Below, piece by piece: positions 37,453-47,371 of a stretch of DNA of 64,000 nt. This DNA comes from Gammaproteobacteria bacterium (GTDB lineage Bacteria; Pseudomonadota; Gammaproteobacteria; Thiohalospirales; Thiohalospiraceae). The number at the start of each line of letters is the position of its first letter. Position 1 is the first letter of the stretch. The translations under genes were made by a program, and so were the position numbers. Under the pieces are notes generated by a model. That model searched no databases. It was given only the letters and a program-made list of their open reading frames with translations, and had not been told where the DNA came from. The stretch lies in assembly GCA_024277595.1 (NCBI GenBank), contig JAJRUV010000090.1, positions 547-64,546 on the forward strand, given 5' to 3'.

Positions 37453-38868
37453 TCAGGCTCTGGCAGGGGCACCAACGCCACGGGTTGCACTGGCCATGCG
37501 GATAGTCATAATCATGTTGTATAACATCACGGCACCACCCAACCAGAATATAATTCCGCCGACCGCACGCATCACATAGTAAGGATGCATGGCCGCAACG
37601 GATTCGGCGAAAGTGTAGCTCAGGGTGCCGAAGGCATCGTAGTCACGCCACATCAGCCCCTGCATGATGCCGGACACCCACATGGCGACGATATAGATAA
37701 CCGCGCCAATAGTGGCCATCCAGAAGTGCAGATTGACCAGCTTGTCGGAGTACATCTCAGTATTCCACAGCTTCATAATCATGTGATACAACGCACCGGC
37801 TGAAACCATGACAACCCAGCCCAACGCACCGGAGTGAACGTGGCCAATTCCCCAGTCAGTGTAATGGGACAGCGCATTCACCGTTTTGGAGGACATCACC
37901 GGCCCCTCGAAGGTGGACATGGCGTAGAAGGCCAAGGACATGACCAGAAAACGCAGCACATAGTCGGTACGCAGCTTGTCCCAGGCCCCGGACAACGTCA
38001 TCATGCCGTTCACTGCACCACCCCAGGAGGGAATAATCATCGCCAGGGAGACAGCCGCACCCAGCGAACCGGTCCAGTCAGGCAGCGCCGTGTACTGCAG
38101 ATGATGGGCGCCCAGCCAGACATAACCGAACATCAACGCCCAGAAATGAATAACCGACAAACGGTAGGAGAATACGGGACGGTTGGCCTGCTTGGGGACG
38201 AAGTAGTACATGATGCCCAAGAAGCCCGCCGTCAGATAGTAGCCCACTGCGTTGTGACCCCACCACCACTGAATCATCGCATCCTGCACTCCGGAGAATA
38301 TCGAATAGGACTTGAACAAACTGACCGGGATGGCCATGCTGTTGACCACATGCAGATAGGTAATCATCACCATCATGCCCAGGAAAAACCAGTTGGACAC
38401 ATAGATGTGCGAGGTTTTTCGCCTGGCGATGGTCATCGCGAAATTGAACGAATAGGCCAGCCATGCAATGGCAATCAGTATATCAAGAGGCCACTCCAGC
38501 TCAGCATACTCCTTACCCTGGGTAAGGCCGAGGGGCAAAGTGACCACTGCGCTGATAATGATGAAGTTCCAAAGGAAAAAGGCAAACCACGCCAGCTTGT
38601 TGCTCCACAACGGCACACCACAGGTGCGCTGAACTGTGTAGAAGGCCGTCCCCATCAGCGCACAACCACCGAAGGCAAAGATCACCGCGTTGGTGTGCAG
38701 GGGCCGCAACCGGCCAAAGGTCAGCTCGGCGATATCAAAATTCAACACCGGCCATGCCAGTTGCGATGCAATTATGACACCCACCAGGGTACCCACGACT
38801 AAATAGACGACCGCCATGATGGTAAACCATCTGACGACATCGAAATTATATTTCTCCGTCGCTTCCAC
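37453..38868 (-). CDS. ccoN: cbb3 oxidase catalytic subunit I
   Basis: Haem-copper oxidase subunit with 12+ TM helices and His ligands. I prefer the GTG at 38868 ([15 protein letters not shown]), which is preceded by GGAGGAG 7 nt upstream. The ORF-track start at 38925 lacks an RBS. Confidence 0.93.
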   Translation of the reverse strand: MEATEKYNFDVVRWFTIMAVVYLVVGTLVGVIIASQLAWPVLNFDIAELTFGRLRPLHTNAVIFAFGGCALMGTAFYTVQRTCGVPLWSNKLAWFAFFLWNFIIISAVVTLPLGLTQGKEYAELEWPLDILIAIAWLAYSFNFAMTIARRKTSHIYVSNWFFLGMMVMITYLHVVNSMAIPVSLFKSYSIFSGVQDAMIQWWWGHNAVGYYLTAGFLGIMYYFVPKQANRPVFSYRLSVIHFWALMFGYVWLGAHHLQYTALPDWTGSLGAAVSLAMIIPSWGGAVNGMMTLSGAWDKLRTDYVLRFLVMSLAFYAMSTFEGPVMSSKTVNALSHYTDWGIGHVHSGALGWVVMVSAGALYHMIMKLWNTEMYSDKLVNLHFWMATIGAVIYIVAMWVSGIMQGLMWRDYDAFGTLSYTFAESVAAMHPYYVMRAVGGIIFWLGGAVMLYNMIMTIRMASATRGVGAPARA

Positions 38869-39040
38869 GAGTAGTCTCCTCCATTCAGAAAAATTGGTGC
38901 CAATCAACCAGCAAGAAAAGACCATCTGCCAAGCAACAACAAAAGGCCAGCAGATAAGGAACTATTTCGGGTGTCGGCTCTCTACTTTGTAATTCAAGAA
39001 CCATAGTAGTGAATGCCCTATGATGTGGCAAGTGCGTTAT

Positions 39041-39054
39041 TTGACATAATGCAA
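39041..39054. promoter_or_regulatory. Candidate FNR/Anr box upstream of ccoN
   Basis: TTGAC-ATAA-TGCAA compares with the consensus TTGAT-N4-ATCAA (7/10). It lies about 175 nt upstream of the ccoN start. Confidence 0.35.
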
Positions 39055-39064
39055 AAAAATAGTG

Positions 39065-39772
39065 CTATTTAGCCCTTTTTTGATTCTCAATCACTTGCTC
39101 TGTCAATCCGGCAACGTCAAGATACCTGGCCACTTTGTCTGGCGATGCGCAGGGAAGATACTCCACAACCCCAAGTAGCTGCCCTGGCAAATACCGGCTC
39201 AACGTTTCAATATTCTCTTCGACACAAGACATATCCGGCATCACCTGGTTGGCCACCCATCCGGCCAGAGAAATACCCCGGGCAATGATATTTTCTGCCG
39301 TCAGCATGGCATGGTTAAGACAACCAAGTCGCATACCAACCACCAGCACTACCGGCAGTTCGAGGTAGACCGCCAAATCGGCCATGGTTCGGGTATCGTT
39401 GAGTGGAACCATCCACCCCCCGGCTCCTTCCACCACGCAGATATCCGCCTGGCTGCCAATTTCTCGACACAGGGCACCTATCCGCTTCAGTTCGATACTG
39501 ACACCGGCCTGCGCAGCAGCAATATGCGGAGCAATCGGTGGCTGAAAGATATAAGGGTTAATAGTCTCATACGGGAAAGAACAACTCATTGCAGCGGCAA
39601 GCTGCAAGGCATCCTGGTTACGCAGACCTGACGGTGTGAGTTCACTCCCGCTGGCAACGGGTTTCATGGCTGCGGTGCGTAACCCCGCCCGGCGAAATCC
39701 AGCCAGCAGTGCACAGGCAATACGAGTTTTACCTACACCGGTATCTGTACCGGTTATGAACACGCCGTTCAT
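39065..39772 (-). CDS. bioD: Dethiobiotin synthase
   Basis: Start set at MNGVFITGTDTGVGKT (P-loop). ATGA overlap with the bioC stop. Confidence 0.92.
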   Translation of the reverse strand: MNGVFITGTDTGVGKTRIACALLAGFRRAGLRTAAMKPVASGSELTPSGLRNQDALQLAAAMSCSFPYETINPYIFQPPIAPHIAAAQAGVSIELKRIGALCREIGSQADICVVEGAGGWMVPLNDTRTMADLAVYLELPVVLVVGMRLGCLNHAMLTAENIIARGISLAGWVANQVMPDMSCVEENIETLSRYLPGQLLGVVEYLPCASPDKVARYLDVAGLTEQVIENQKRAK

Positions 39773-40665
39773 GAACGATGCCTTCTCACTGCGGAGCGCA
39801 TCTGCGCCAGCGATACAGTACTGCCCCTCCCATCCTGTTGCCGGGACAGGCAATATTCAGGCGCCCAAGCATGCCCATATATCACCTCATAGGTGGCTGG
39901 CAACACTCCATCACAACGATAACCTTCGTAATTTTCTATCATTCCGGCGAAGCGTTTTCTACCAGAAAGACCCCGCTGCCGCCCCACTGTGGCGTTGCGT
40001 GCTCCCAGAATCTTCAGATCCTGCATCAGTTCTCGAACCTCCCGGTAAGTCAGGGTAAAACATTCGGTATCCATAACCGGAGCAGCAAACTGGCTACCCA
40101 GCACCAGGTCGCCGATATCATGCATATCCGCAAAGGCGCTGACATGAGTAAAGTCATCCACCGTCTGCCAGCTGTGGCGCAGTTCCTTGAGCGTGTCCGG
40201 CCCGAAGGTGCTGAACATCAGCAGCCCGTCCGGCTTCAATACCCGACGCAGCTCACTGAAGGTCTGTTTCAAATCAGGACACCACTGAAGCGTGAGATTG
40301 GAAAACAACAGATCCACACTGGCATCGGCAAACGGGAGCTGTTCCATGTCCGCCGTCACGAAAGCCTGCTTCTGCCACCAGCGCTCCCAGACCGAGCCGC
40401 GCCCGGCCGCTATTTTAAGCATCTCCGGTGACAGATCAGCAGAAATCACCTCCGCCTTTCGATAGCGCTGAAGCAGTGCCTGGCTGCAATAGCCAGTTCC
40501 CGCGCCGATGTCCAGAATCCGGCCCGGCTGCAGGCGGATCAGCTCCATCCGCTCCAGCATTCGTCTGCCCACCTCTCGCTGAAGTACCGCAACCTCGTCG
40601 TAACGGGCCGCAGCCTGGTTGAACGACTGCTGTATACGCTGCTTGTCGAGCTGGTATCTACTCAT
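39769..40665 (-). CDS. bioC: Malonyl-ACP O-methyltransferase
   Basis: FNQAAARYDEVAVLQREV, SAM motif ILDIGAGTG, position within the bio operon. Start taken at MSRYQLDKQ. Confidence 0.88.
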   Translation of the reverse strand: MSRYQLDKQRIQQSFNQAAARYDEVAVLQREVGRRMLERMELIRLQPGRILDIGAGTGYCSQALLQRYRKAEVISADLSPEMLKIAAGRGSVWERWWQKQAFVTADMEQLPFADASVDLLFSNLTLQWCPDLKQTFSELRRVLKPDGLLMFSTFGPDTLKELRHSWQTVDDFTHVSAFADMHDIGDLVLGSQFAAPVMDTECFTLTYREVRELMQDLKILGARNATVGRQRGLSGRKRFAGMIENYEGYRCDGVLPATYEVIYGHAWAPEYCLSRQQDGRGSTVSLAQMRSAVRRHRS

Positions 40666-41431
40666 CAAGAAAGGCTCCAATCATCTCCCGGAAACGGGCG
40701 GAATGGAACAGAAAGGGCGCATGGCCCGCACCCGGAACCAGCTCCAGCCAGGCATCAGGCAGAAGTCGCCCCATCGCCTCGAGTGCCGCGATCGGAACCA
40801 GGCTGTCGTGTTCTCCCCCTATCAGCAACGTGGGTTGTGCCAGCGAGGGCAGCGCGCTGCGCAGATCGCTCTCTTTCAGTAGCGTCAGCCCGGCAGCCAG
40901 CGCCCCGGGTTCCGGTTCGCCGTGAACGAACAGCGCCTTCCGCAATGCCTGAACCTGCCGCCGCACATCTTCGCCGCCCCACGCCTGCAGCGCCAGAAAA
41001 CGCAGCAGAACCGCACGATAATCCTGTTGCAATCCAGCCGCAAACCCCTCCAGGGTGGCAACGGACTGTGCATAAGGCCAGTCGGCACGCTGTACGAAAC
41101 AGGCACTGGAAGCCACCAGAATCAGCCGTGATATCCGCCGGGGAAGATCCCGCGCTGCCTGCATCGCCACCAGACCACCCAGCGACCACCCGAGCCAGGC
41201 CGCCGTTGCCGGCGCCACTGCGGCAACGGCAGCGGCCACTCGAGAGAGAGTAGCAGCATGTGCCGGCTCCAGGGCCGGACTCAGACCATGTCCCGGCAGA
41301 TCGACCATCGTGATGCGGTACCGCTCTGCCAGCCGGTCACTCAGCTCTCCCCACATCGCGGAGTGCATGCCCCAACCGTGCAGCATCACCAGATCCGGCC
41401 CGCTGCCGCGGGTTTCACGATGCAGCCTCAC
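40658..41431 (-). CDS. bioH: Pimeloyl-ACP methyl ester carboxylesterase
   Basis: Alpha/beta hydrolase with LVMLHGWGM and the nucleophile elbow GWSLGG. The GTG start at 41431 forms a GTGA overlap with the bioF stop. The 102-codon ORF-track extension is the antisense/overlap frame of bioF. Confidence 0.85.
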   Translation of the reverse strand: MRLHRETRGSGPDLVMLHGWGMHSAMWGELSDRLAERYRITMVDLPGHGLSPALEPAHAATLSRVAAAVAAVAPATAAWLGWSLGGLVAMQAARDLPRRISRLILVASSACFVQRADWPYAQSVATLEGFAAGLQQDYRAVLLRFLALQAWGGEDVRRQVQALRKALFVHGEPEPGALAAGLTLLKESDLRSALPSLAQPTLLIGGEHDSLVPIAALEAMGRLLPDAWLELVPGAGHAPFLFHSARFREMIGAFLDE

Positions 41432-42612
41432 ATCACCTCTTCCAACGCGGTGAGCAACCGCTCCACATCGGATCCGGTATGAGCCGCCGACAGAGTGATC
41501 CGTAATCGCGCGCTGCCTGCGGGTACGGTAGGGGGGCGAATCGCGCTGATCAGGATATTTCGCTCCCACAGTGCCTCGCTCATCCGTATCGCCTGCTTCG
41601 GCTCCCCCACCAACAGCGGCTGCACCGGCGTCTGCGATGCCATAAGAGGGAGATCCAGCTGGGCCGCCCCACTGCGAAAACGCCGCACCAGATTGTGCAG
41701 ATGTTCCCGGCGCCATGGCTGCTCCCGGATCAGACACAGGCTGACCCGTGCCGCCTCCGCAACCGCCGGCGGCAGAGCAGTAGTGTAGATGTAGCTGCGC
41801 GCCCGCTGGATCAACGACTCAACCAGCAGCTCACTGCCCGCCACAAAAGCGCCAAACACACCGAACGCCTTGCCCAGCGTTCCCATCAACACCGGCACCT
41901 GCTGCTGATTCAGATTAAAATATTCCAGCGTGCCGCGCCCTCCCGCACCCATCACCCCCACACCATGGGCATCATCTACCATCAACCAGGCACCATGCTG
42001 TTTTGCCACGGTCGCCAGCTGCGGCAATGACGCCAAGTCCCCGTCCATGCTGAACAAACCATCGCTGGCCAGCAGCACCCTGCCTCCCCCTGTCCTGGCC
42101 AGACGGCGTTCCGGATCGGCCGGATCACCGTGGATATAGCGCTGCAACCGCGCCCCGGACAACCGGGCAGCGTCCAGCAGCGAGGCATGGTTAAGGCGGT
42201 CTTCCAGCACAGTGTCGGCACGGCCGCACAGGGCGGTAATGACGCCCAGGTTAGCCATATAGCCGGTAGAGAACAACAGGACGCGATCCCGCCCGAGAAA
42301 ATCCGCCAACTCCTCTTCCAGCGCATGGTGGGCAGCAGTGTGGCCGGAGATCAGATGTGAAGCGCCACTGCCGACCCCGTAACGCTCCGCCCCTTCCCTG
42401 AATGCCGCCACCACGGCCGGTTCGCCGGCCAGGCCAAGATAATCGTTGCTGCAAAATGCCAGACACTCGCGACCATCGATGACAATCAGCCGGCCGGGAG
42501 GAGTTTCCGCAACTCGCCGGGTACGATACAGTCCCGCCTCCTTCCGCTGCCGGAGATCAGCCGAAAGCGACTCATTCCAGCCCTGCGGCACAGGCTCAGC
42601 CATACCGGCCAT
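41428..42612 (-). CDS. bioF: 8-amino-7-oxononanoate synthase
   Basis: SNDYLGL, the PLP lysine region TLGKAFG, position in the bio operon. Start at ATG 42612 or 42603; the latter overlaps the nnrS stop. Confidence 0.92.
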   Translation of the reverse strand: MAGMAEPVPQGWNESLSADLRQRKEAGLYRTRRVAETPPGRLIVIDGRECLAFCSNDYLGLAGEPAVVAAFREGAERYGVGSGASHLISGHTAAHHALEEELADFLGRDRVLLFSTGYMANLGVITALCGRADTVLEDRLNHASLLDAARLSGARLQRYIHGDPADPERRLARTGGGRVLLASDGLFSMDGDLASLPQLATVAKQHGAWLMVDDAHGVGVMGAGGRGTLEYFNLNQQQVPVLMGTLGKAFGVFGAFVAGSELLVESLIQRARSYIYTTALPPAVAEAARVSLCLIREQPWRREHLHNLVRRFRSGAAQLDLPLMASQTPVQPLLVGEPKQAIRMSEALWERNILISAIRPPTVPAGSARLRITLSAAHTGSDVERLLTALEEVM

Positions 42613-43780
42613 CGATCCTCGGCTTGACCAGTATCGGGGTATAAATAAAGACAAACAGGGTAAAAGCAGCTATCCACAGCAGTTGGGAGCCTGCGACCCA
42701 CAGCTGATAATGCTCCCCGGACAGCAACGGAAACAACACCCGGACAACAGCACCTCCTGCCAGCAGCAGAAACATCCACCAGACGGAGGAAGGGGGATCG
42801 AATACATTCCTGCCGGTATGGCCAAGAGCAACCCGCGCCATCATCCCCAAGGTCATCATGCCGACCCCACCCACGCTAAAGGCGTGCACGGCAACGGGCA
42901 CAGAGATGCCAAACAGAGCCGCTGACTTCAGCATGAATCCGATGGTTATCCAGATATACGCCACATAGAGAACCCACAGCAACGGTTTGCTCCAGATCCC
43001 CGGGGTGTACCAGTCCCGCAACCGGATAACGTTGAGAATCAGCAGAACCGCCGCCAGCAGCGCCGCAACCATCGGCAAGTCAGTGAACACGTCCACGACA
43101 GCAAACAGTACGTAACAAACCACAATGGCTATATCCAGCCACAGCCGGTTAGTCAGTTGAACAGGAGTGTCGCATCCACGTTCGATAAAGAAAGGGATGA
43201 CCCGCCGTCCCACCAGCAGAACCATCGCCACAACCAGATAGAGACCGGCATACAGCCCCATATAGACACCACCGGGAACGAACCCCGTCAGGCCGAGATA
43301 GAACAGCATATTGCTGCACGCCAGCAGCAGCACAATGGCAACAATGGCTAACTGATTCCAGCTCTTTGCCTTGACAACCGGATGCAACAGAGCAGCTGTA
43401 AAAGAGAGCATAAACAACGTGTCGAGTAAAAACACAACAGCTGGCGAACCAAAAAAAGGACTCAATCTGGCAGCCACCCAAAGCACAAACAACGCCATCA
43501 GGCTGTAGCCATGCAGTGTCTGCACATTGGTCCAGTTCTTTACCGCCGTGAGCAGAAAACCGGCGATAACCGCCATGCCATAGCCATAGATCATCTCATG
43601 AGCATGCCATACCGGTGCGGCATAGCCAGCCGGTACGATATTCCAGCCGAACTGATAGATCGCCATCCACGCGGCCATCAGCAATATGGCAAAAACCCCC
43701 GCGCCCAGAAAAAAAGGGCGAAAGGCCAAACGCCACAGGCCGACCCCGCCGTGAAAAGTTCTCTCCTCTATCTGCAGCAT
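42596..43780 (-). CDS. nnrS: NnrS-family haem/copper membrane protein
   Basis: [22 protein letters not shown]... with about 12 TM helices and conserved His residues, typical of NnrS. ATG 43780 lies 2 nt after the bioB TGA. The stop overlaps the bioF start. Confidence 0.85.
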   Translation of the reverse strand: MLQIEERTFHGGVGLWRLAFRPFFLGAGVFAILLMAAWMAIYQFGWNIVPAGYAAPVWHAHEMIYGYGMAVIAGFLLTAVKNWTNVQTLHGYSLMALFVLWVAARLSPFFGSPAVVFLLDTLFMLSFTAALLHPVVKAKSWNQLAIVAIVLLLACSNMLFYLGLTGFVPGGVYMGLYAGLYLVVAMVLLVGRRVIPFFIERGCDTPVQLTNRLWLDIAIVVCYVLFAVVDVFTDLPMVAALLAAVLLILNVIRLRDWYTPGIWSKPLLWVLYVAYIWITIGFMLKSAALFGISVPVAVHAFSVGGVGMMTLGMMARVALGHTGRNVFDPPSSVWWMFLLLAGGAVVRVLFPLLSGEHYQLWVAGSQLLWIAAFTLFVFIYTPILVKPRIDGRYG

Positions 43781-43782
43781 AC

Positions 43783-44823
43783 TCAGGAACTCCTGCAACC
43801 ACGATAGTTGATCTCGCCGGAAGCAGTCGCTTCACGGCCGCTGTCAACCGGCTCCATCCGCTGCATCCCCAGACGCCGGAACAGATCGTCGTCACCGCCG
43901 GTTTCTGCATTGGTGGTAGTCAGCAGCTTGTCTCCATAAAAAACGGAGTTGGCGCCCGCCAGAAAACAGAGCGCCTGGAACTCATCGCTCATGCTCTCCC
44001 GCCCGGCAGAGAGCCGCACCAGCGATACCGGCATCATGATTCTCGCCACCGCAATGCAGCGCACGAACTCCAGCGGATCCAGCGGCTCGACCCCGTCCAG
44101 CGGAGTACCCTCCACCTGCACCAGCAGATTGACGGGGACACTGTCCGGGTGCTGTTCCATATTCGCCAGCTGCAACAGCAGTCCGATGCGATCCTTGCGC
44201 TGCTCACCCATGCCGAGAATGCCACCGCAGCACACCTTGATTCCCGCATCACGAACATGCCGCAGGGTATCCAGACGATCCTGGTAAGTGCGGGTGGTGA
44301 TCACCGTGCCGTAAAACTCCGGCGAGGTATCCAGATTGTGATTGTAGTAATCCAGGCCGGCCGCCTGTAACCGCCCGGCCTGCTCCGGATTCAGCATTCC
44401 CAGAGTCATGCAGGTCTCCATCCCCAGCGCCTTGACCTCGCGGATCATGGCCTCAACCCTGTTCAGATCCTCATCACCGGGATTGCGCCATGCCGCCCCC
44501 ATGCAGAACCGGCTGACCCCCGCCGCACGGGCAGCTTGCGCGGCCTCCAGCACCTGCCGCACCTCCAGCAGCTCCTCCCCCCCCAACCCGGTATCGTGAT
44601 ATGCGCTTTGCGGGCAGTAGGCGCAGTCCTCCGGACAGGAGCCGGTCTTGATGCTCAGCAGACTGCTGACCTGAACAGCAGCCGGGTCAAAAAAGGCGCG
44701 GTGAACGGTCTGGGCGCGAAACAGCAGTTCGTTGAACGGCAACTTAAATAACACCTCAACCTCCTGCCGTTGCCAGTCGTGACGCAGTTTCCCGATTGTG
44801 GAATAATTCATACTCTGACTCAA
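43783..44823 (-). CDS. bioB: Biotin synthase (radical SAM)
   Basis: 346 aa. [11 protein letters not shown] radical-SAM motif. YNHNLDTS and GGILGMGE regions. Confidence 0.95.
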   Translation of the reverse strand: MSQSMNYSTIGKLRHDWQRQEVEVLFKLPFNELLFRAQTVHRAFFDPAAVQVSSLLSIKTGSCPEDCAYCPQSAYHDTGLGGEELLEVRQVLEAAQAARAAGVSRFCMGAAWRNPGDEDLNRVEAMIREVKALGMETCMTLGMLNPEQAGRLQAAGLDYYNHNLDTSPEFYGTVITTRTYQDRLDTLRHVRDAGIKVCCGGILGMGEQRKDRIGLLLQLANMEQHPDSVPVNLLVQVEGTPLDGVEPLDPLEFVRCIAVARIMMPVSLVRLSAGRESMSDEFQALCFLAGANSVFYGDKLLTTTNAETGGDDDLFRRLGMQRMEPVDSGREATASGEINYRGCRSS

Positions 44824-44871
44824 TTATGATAGATGAATGATTGCTCAGCATAGTAATGCCTGCACAACGGC

Positions 44872-44902
44872 TGTCAACCTGACGCCATGATAATGGTTAA
44901 CA
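44872..44902. promoter_or_regulatory. BirA-type bio operator
   Basis: TGTCAACC-N15-GGTTAACA is an inverted repeat resembling the proteobacterial BirA site TGTAAACC-N14-16-GGTTTACA. It lies 49-79 nt upstream of the bioB ATG. Confidence 0.65.
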
Positions 44903-45603
44903 AGTGGATAAATTATATCCAGACCCAACTGCTCCCACCTCGCTGTGTTCTATGTGGCGATCCCGGTAGCCAGGGTATCGACCTCTGCCATAATTGTCTC
45001 ACCGACCTGCCACGCAACGAGCATTCATGCCCTACCTGCGCCTTGCCCCTGCCTGCCGAATCCAGCAAATGGCAGTGTGGAGCATGCCAGAAAAAACCGC
45101 CAGCCTACGATAGCTGTTTCGCCCCACTGCACTATCAATACCCGGTTGATCACCTGCTGACCCGGCTCAAATTCCACCAAAAACTGTCTCATGCCCGCCT
45201 GCTTGGCACACTCATGACCCGCTGGCTTCCCCGGTCACTCCGGCCCGAGCTGCTTATCCCGGTGCCACTGCACCCTGCCCGACTACGTGAACGGGGCTAC
45301 AACCAGGCTCTGGAACTGGCCCGCCCCATCGCCAGACAACTGCAACTTCCCATCAACACGCAAATCTGCCGGAGAACACGGGCAACAGCCGCGCAATCGG
45401 AGCTGAACACCGGGCAGCGACACAAGAATATGCGCAATGCATTTATTGTTACAGGAAAATTCCGGACGAAACATGTAGTCATCATCGATGATGTAGTCAC
45501 CACCGGCCATACCATTAACGAACTGGCCAGGGCTTTACGCCAGGCCGGGGCGGAGCGTATTGACGTATGGGCCGCTGCACGGGCTTCACTCCACCAGCAG
45601 TAA
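44887..45603 (+). CDS. comF: ComF-family phosphoribosyltransferase-like protein
   Basis: N-terminal Cys-rich zinc-finger region (CVLCG...CHNC...CPTC...CGAC) and PRT motif VVIIDDVVTTGHT. The first codons overlap the bio operator. Confidence 0.85.
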   Translation: MIMVNKWINYIQTQLLPPRCVLCGDPGSQGIDLCHNCLTDLPRNEHSCPTCALPLPAESSKWQCGACQKKPPAYDSCFAPLHYQYPVDHLLTRLKFHQKLSHARLLGTLMTRWLPRSLRPELLIPVPLHPARLRERGYNQALELARPIARQLQLPINTQICRRTRATAAQSELNTGQRHKNMRNAFIVTGKFRTKHVVIIDDVVTTGHTINELARALRQAGAERIDVWAAARASLHQQ

Positions 45604-45676
45604 GCCCAGGAGGGTATCAATAGTTGGCGACAACGGAAAAACAGAGTATCTTTAACCAAATAAAACCCGAACAAAA

Positions 45677-47215
45677 ATGATAGAAAACAGCTATATAAGA
45701 ACATTCTGTATTACCTCATTACTGTCTGGTCTGCTGGTGATGAACGGCTGCGCTACCAACCCGGTAACCGGCAAAAGCGAACTGCGGCTGGTCTCACAGA
45801 CGGAAGAGATCAAGATTGGGCAGAAAAGCTATCTCCCCACCCGGCAGTCGCAAGGCGGCGAGTATCGTCTTGATCCCGAACTCACCCGTTACGTTAATGA
45901 AGTGGGACAGAAACTGGCCAGGGTAAGTGATCGATCGGATCTGCCGTATGAATTTGTAGTCCTCAACAATTCGGTGCCCAATGCCTGGGCGCTACCTGGC
46001 GGCAAGATTGCGATCAACCGGGGATTGCTGCTGGAACTCGGCTCCGAGGCCGAGCTTGCGGCTGTACTTGGGCATGAGATCGTGCACGCGGCAGCCCGCC
46101 ATGGCGCACGTTCGATGGAACGAGGTATGCTGTTACAACTGGGGATAATGGCTGCCAGCGTAGCCACCGCCGGTGAAAAACATGCTGATTTGATGATGGG
46201 GGCAGCCGTTATCGGAAGCCAGTTGGCCAATACCAGATATGGCCGCAACGCCGAACTGGAGTCCGACAGATATGGCATGAAATATATGGCCCGGGCTGGC
46301 TATAACCCACAGGAAGCAGTGACGCTGCAGCAAACCTTTGTAAGGTTATCAAAGATGCGTGAAACCAACTGGCTGGAGGGGCTGTTCGCCTCTCACCCGC
46401 CATCGCAGGAACGGGTCGATGCCAACAGAAAATATGCCGCCACACTCCCCAAGGGGCTGAAAACAGGACGGCAGGAGTATCTGCAGCATATCGCCACCCT
46501 GAAATCCACCCAACAGGCCTATGCTGACTATGACGCTGGCCGCAAGGCGCTGTCTGAAGGCGATGCCGGTAGAGCGCTGACGCTGGCCAGGAAGGCGATC
46601 CGGCAGGAGAACCGGGAAGCACTGTATTATGGCCTGCAAGGGGAAGCCCTGCTGAAAATGGGGAACCCCGGGCAAGCAAAATCCCTGTTTGATGAGGCAA
46701 TCAGACGAAACGATGCCTATTTCGCCTTTTATCTGCAGCGCGGCCTGGCCAGGCAGAAAATGGCAGACCAGGCCGGCGCTCGTCAGGATCTCGAGCTAAG
46801 CGTGAAACTGCTGCCAACAGCAATAGCGCACTATACCCTCGGCACCATGGCGCTCAATGCACATAACGAAGAGAGCGCCATAACACACTACCGTGCGGCA
46901 GCCGCCTCTGGCTCCCCCCTGGGTCAGCAGGCTGCTATATCCCTCGCTACACTGGAACTGCCACGGAATCCAGATAAATATATCTCGGCACATGGCAAGC
47001 CGGACAATAAGGGCCGCCTCTTTGTCCAGGTAAGAAATCGTGCTCCGATTGCCGTTAGCCGGGTTGTGCTGGGCATCCAGTACCGTACCGGGGAAATGGA
47101 TAAAGTTCCCGTCCGTGACACCATTCCTGCCGGAAAAACAGTGACCCTGCGTCTGCCAAATCCGGGCGATAAAGTGCAACACATAAAGGTAGTTCGTGCT
47201 GCTCCCGCTCAATAA
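45677..47215 (+). CDS. M48-family zinc metalloprotease with TPR domain (lipoprotein)
   Basis: Lipobox LLVMNGC, HEIVHAAARH zinc motif, C-terminal TPR-like repeats. Confidence 0.85.
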   Translation: MIENSYIRTFCITSLLSGLLVMNGCATNPVTGKSELRLVSQTEEIKIGQKSYLPTRQSQGGEYRLDPELTRYVNEVGQKLARVSDRSDLPYEFVVLNNSVPNAWALPGGKIAINRGLLLELGSEAELAAVLGHEIVHAAARHGARSMERGMLLQLGIMAASVATAGEKHADLMMGAAVIGSQLANTRYGRNAELESDRYGMKYMARAGYNPQEAVTLQQTFVRLSKMRETNWLEGLFASHPPSQERVDANRKYAATLPKGLKTGRQEYLQHIATLKSTQQAYADYDAGRKALSEGDAGRALTLARKAIRQENREALYYGLQGEALLKMGNPGQAKSLFDEAIRRNDAYFAFYLQRGLARQKMADQAGARQDLELSVKLLPTAIAHYTLGTMALNAHNEESAITHYRAAAASGSPLGQQAAISLATLELPRNPDKYISAHGKPDNKGRLFVQVRNRAPIAVSRVVLGIQYRTGEMDKVPVRDTIPAGKTVTLRLPNPGDKVQHIKVVRAAPAQ

Positions 47216-47220
47216 TCGAT

Positions 47221-47371
47221 GTAACTATTCAGCATAGTTGAAAATGAGTATGTAACTGTTCAGATTGCCCCTGAAATTCGTCAATTCAAGGCGAAAATGT
47301 AAGTTTACACGGGTAAATGATCATTTTTTAACGCAGAAATGGCGGATTTCAGGGGTGAGCTGAATAGTTAC
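47221..47371 (+). mobile_element. MITE copy H, long form (151 bp), perfect 8-bp TSD
   Basis: GTAACTATTCAGC...GCTGAATAGTTAC. TAATCGAT occurs at 47213-47220 and 47372-47379. It fills the whole gap between two convergent genes. Confidence 0.95.

Noticed and set aside
37834-38802. 322-aa ORF antisense to ccoN (also 38078..38464 and 37585..37803).
   Set aside because: They lie inside ccoN. Their His/Gly/Gln/Pro-rich low-complexity translations are typical of antisense frames.
40755-41253. Multiple 70-160-aa ORFs in both strands over bioH/bioF, and the long N-terminal extensions of ORFs 40658..41737 and 19218..20522.
   Set aside because: These are GC-rich alternative frames. The conserved protein cores and the GTGA/ATGA junctions define much shorter genes.
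44843-44858. GCTCAGCATAGTAATG in the bioB leader resembles the MITE left arm (TTCAGCATAGTTGAAAATG).
   Set aside because: Only about 10 contiguous matches, with no TIR and no further alignment. This is probably coincidence.
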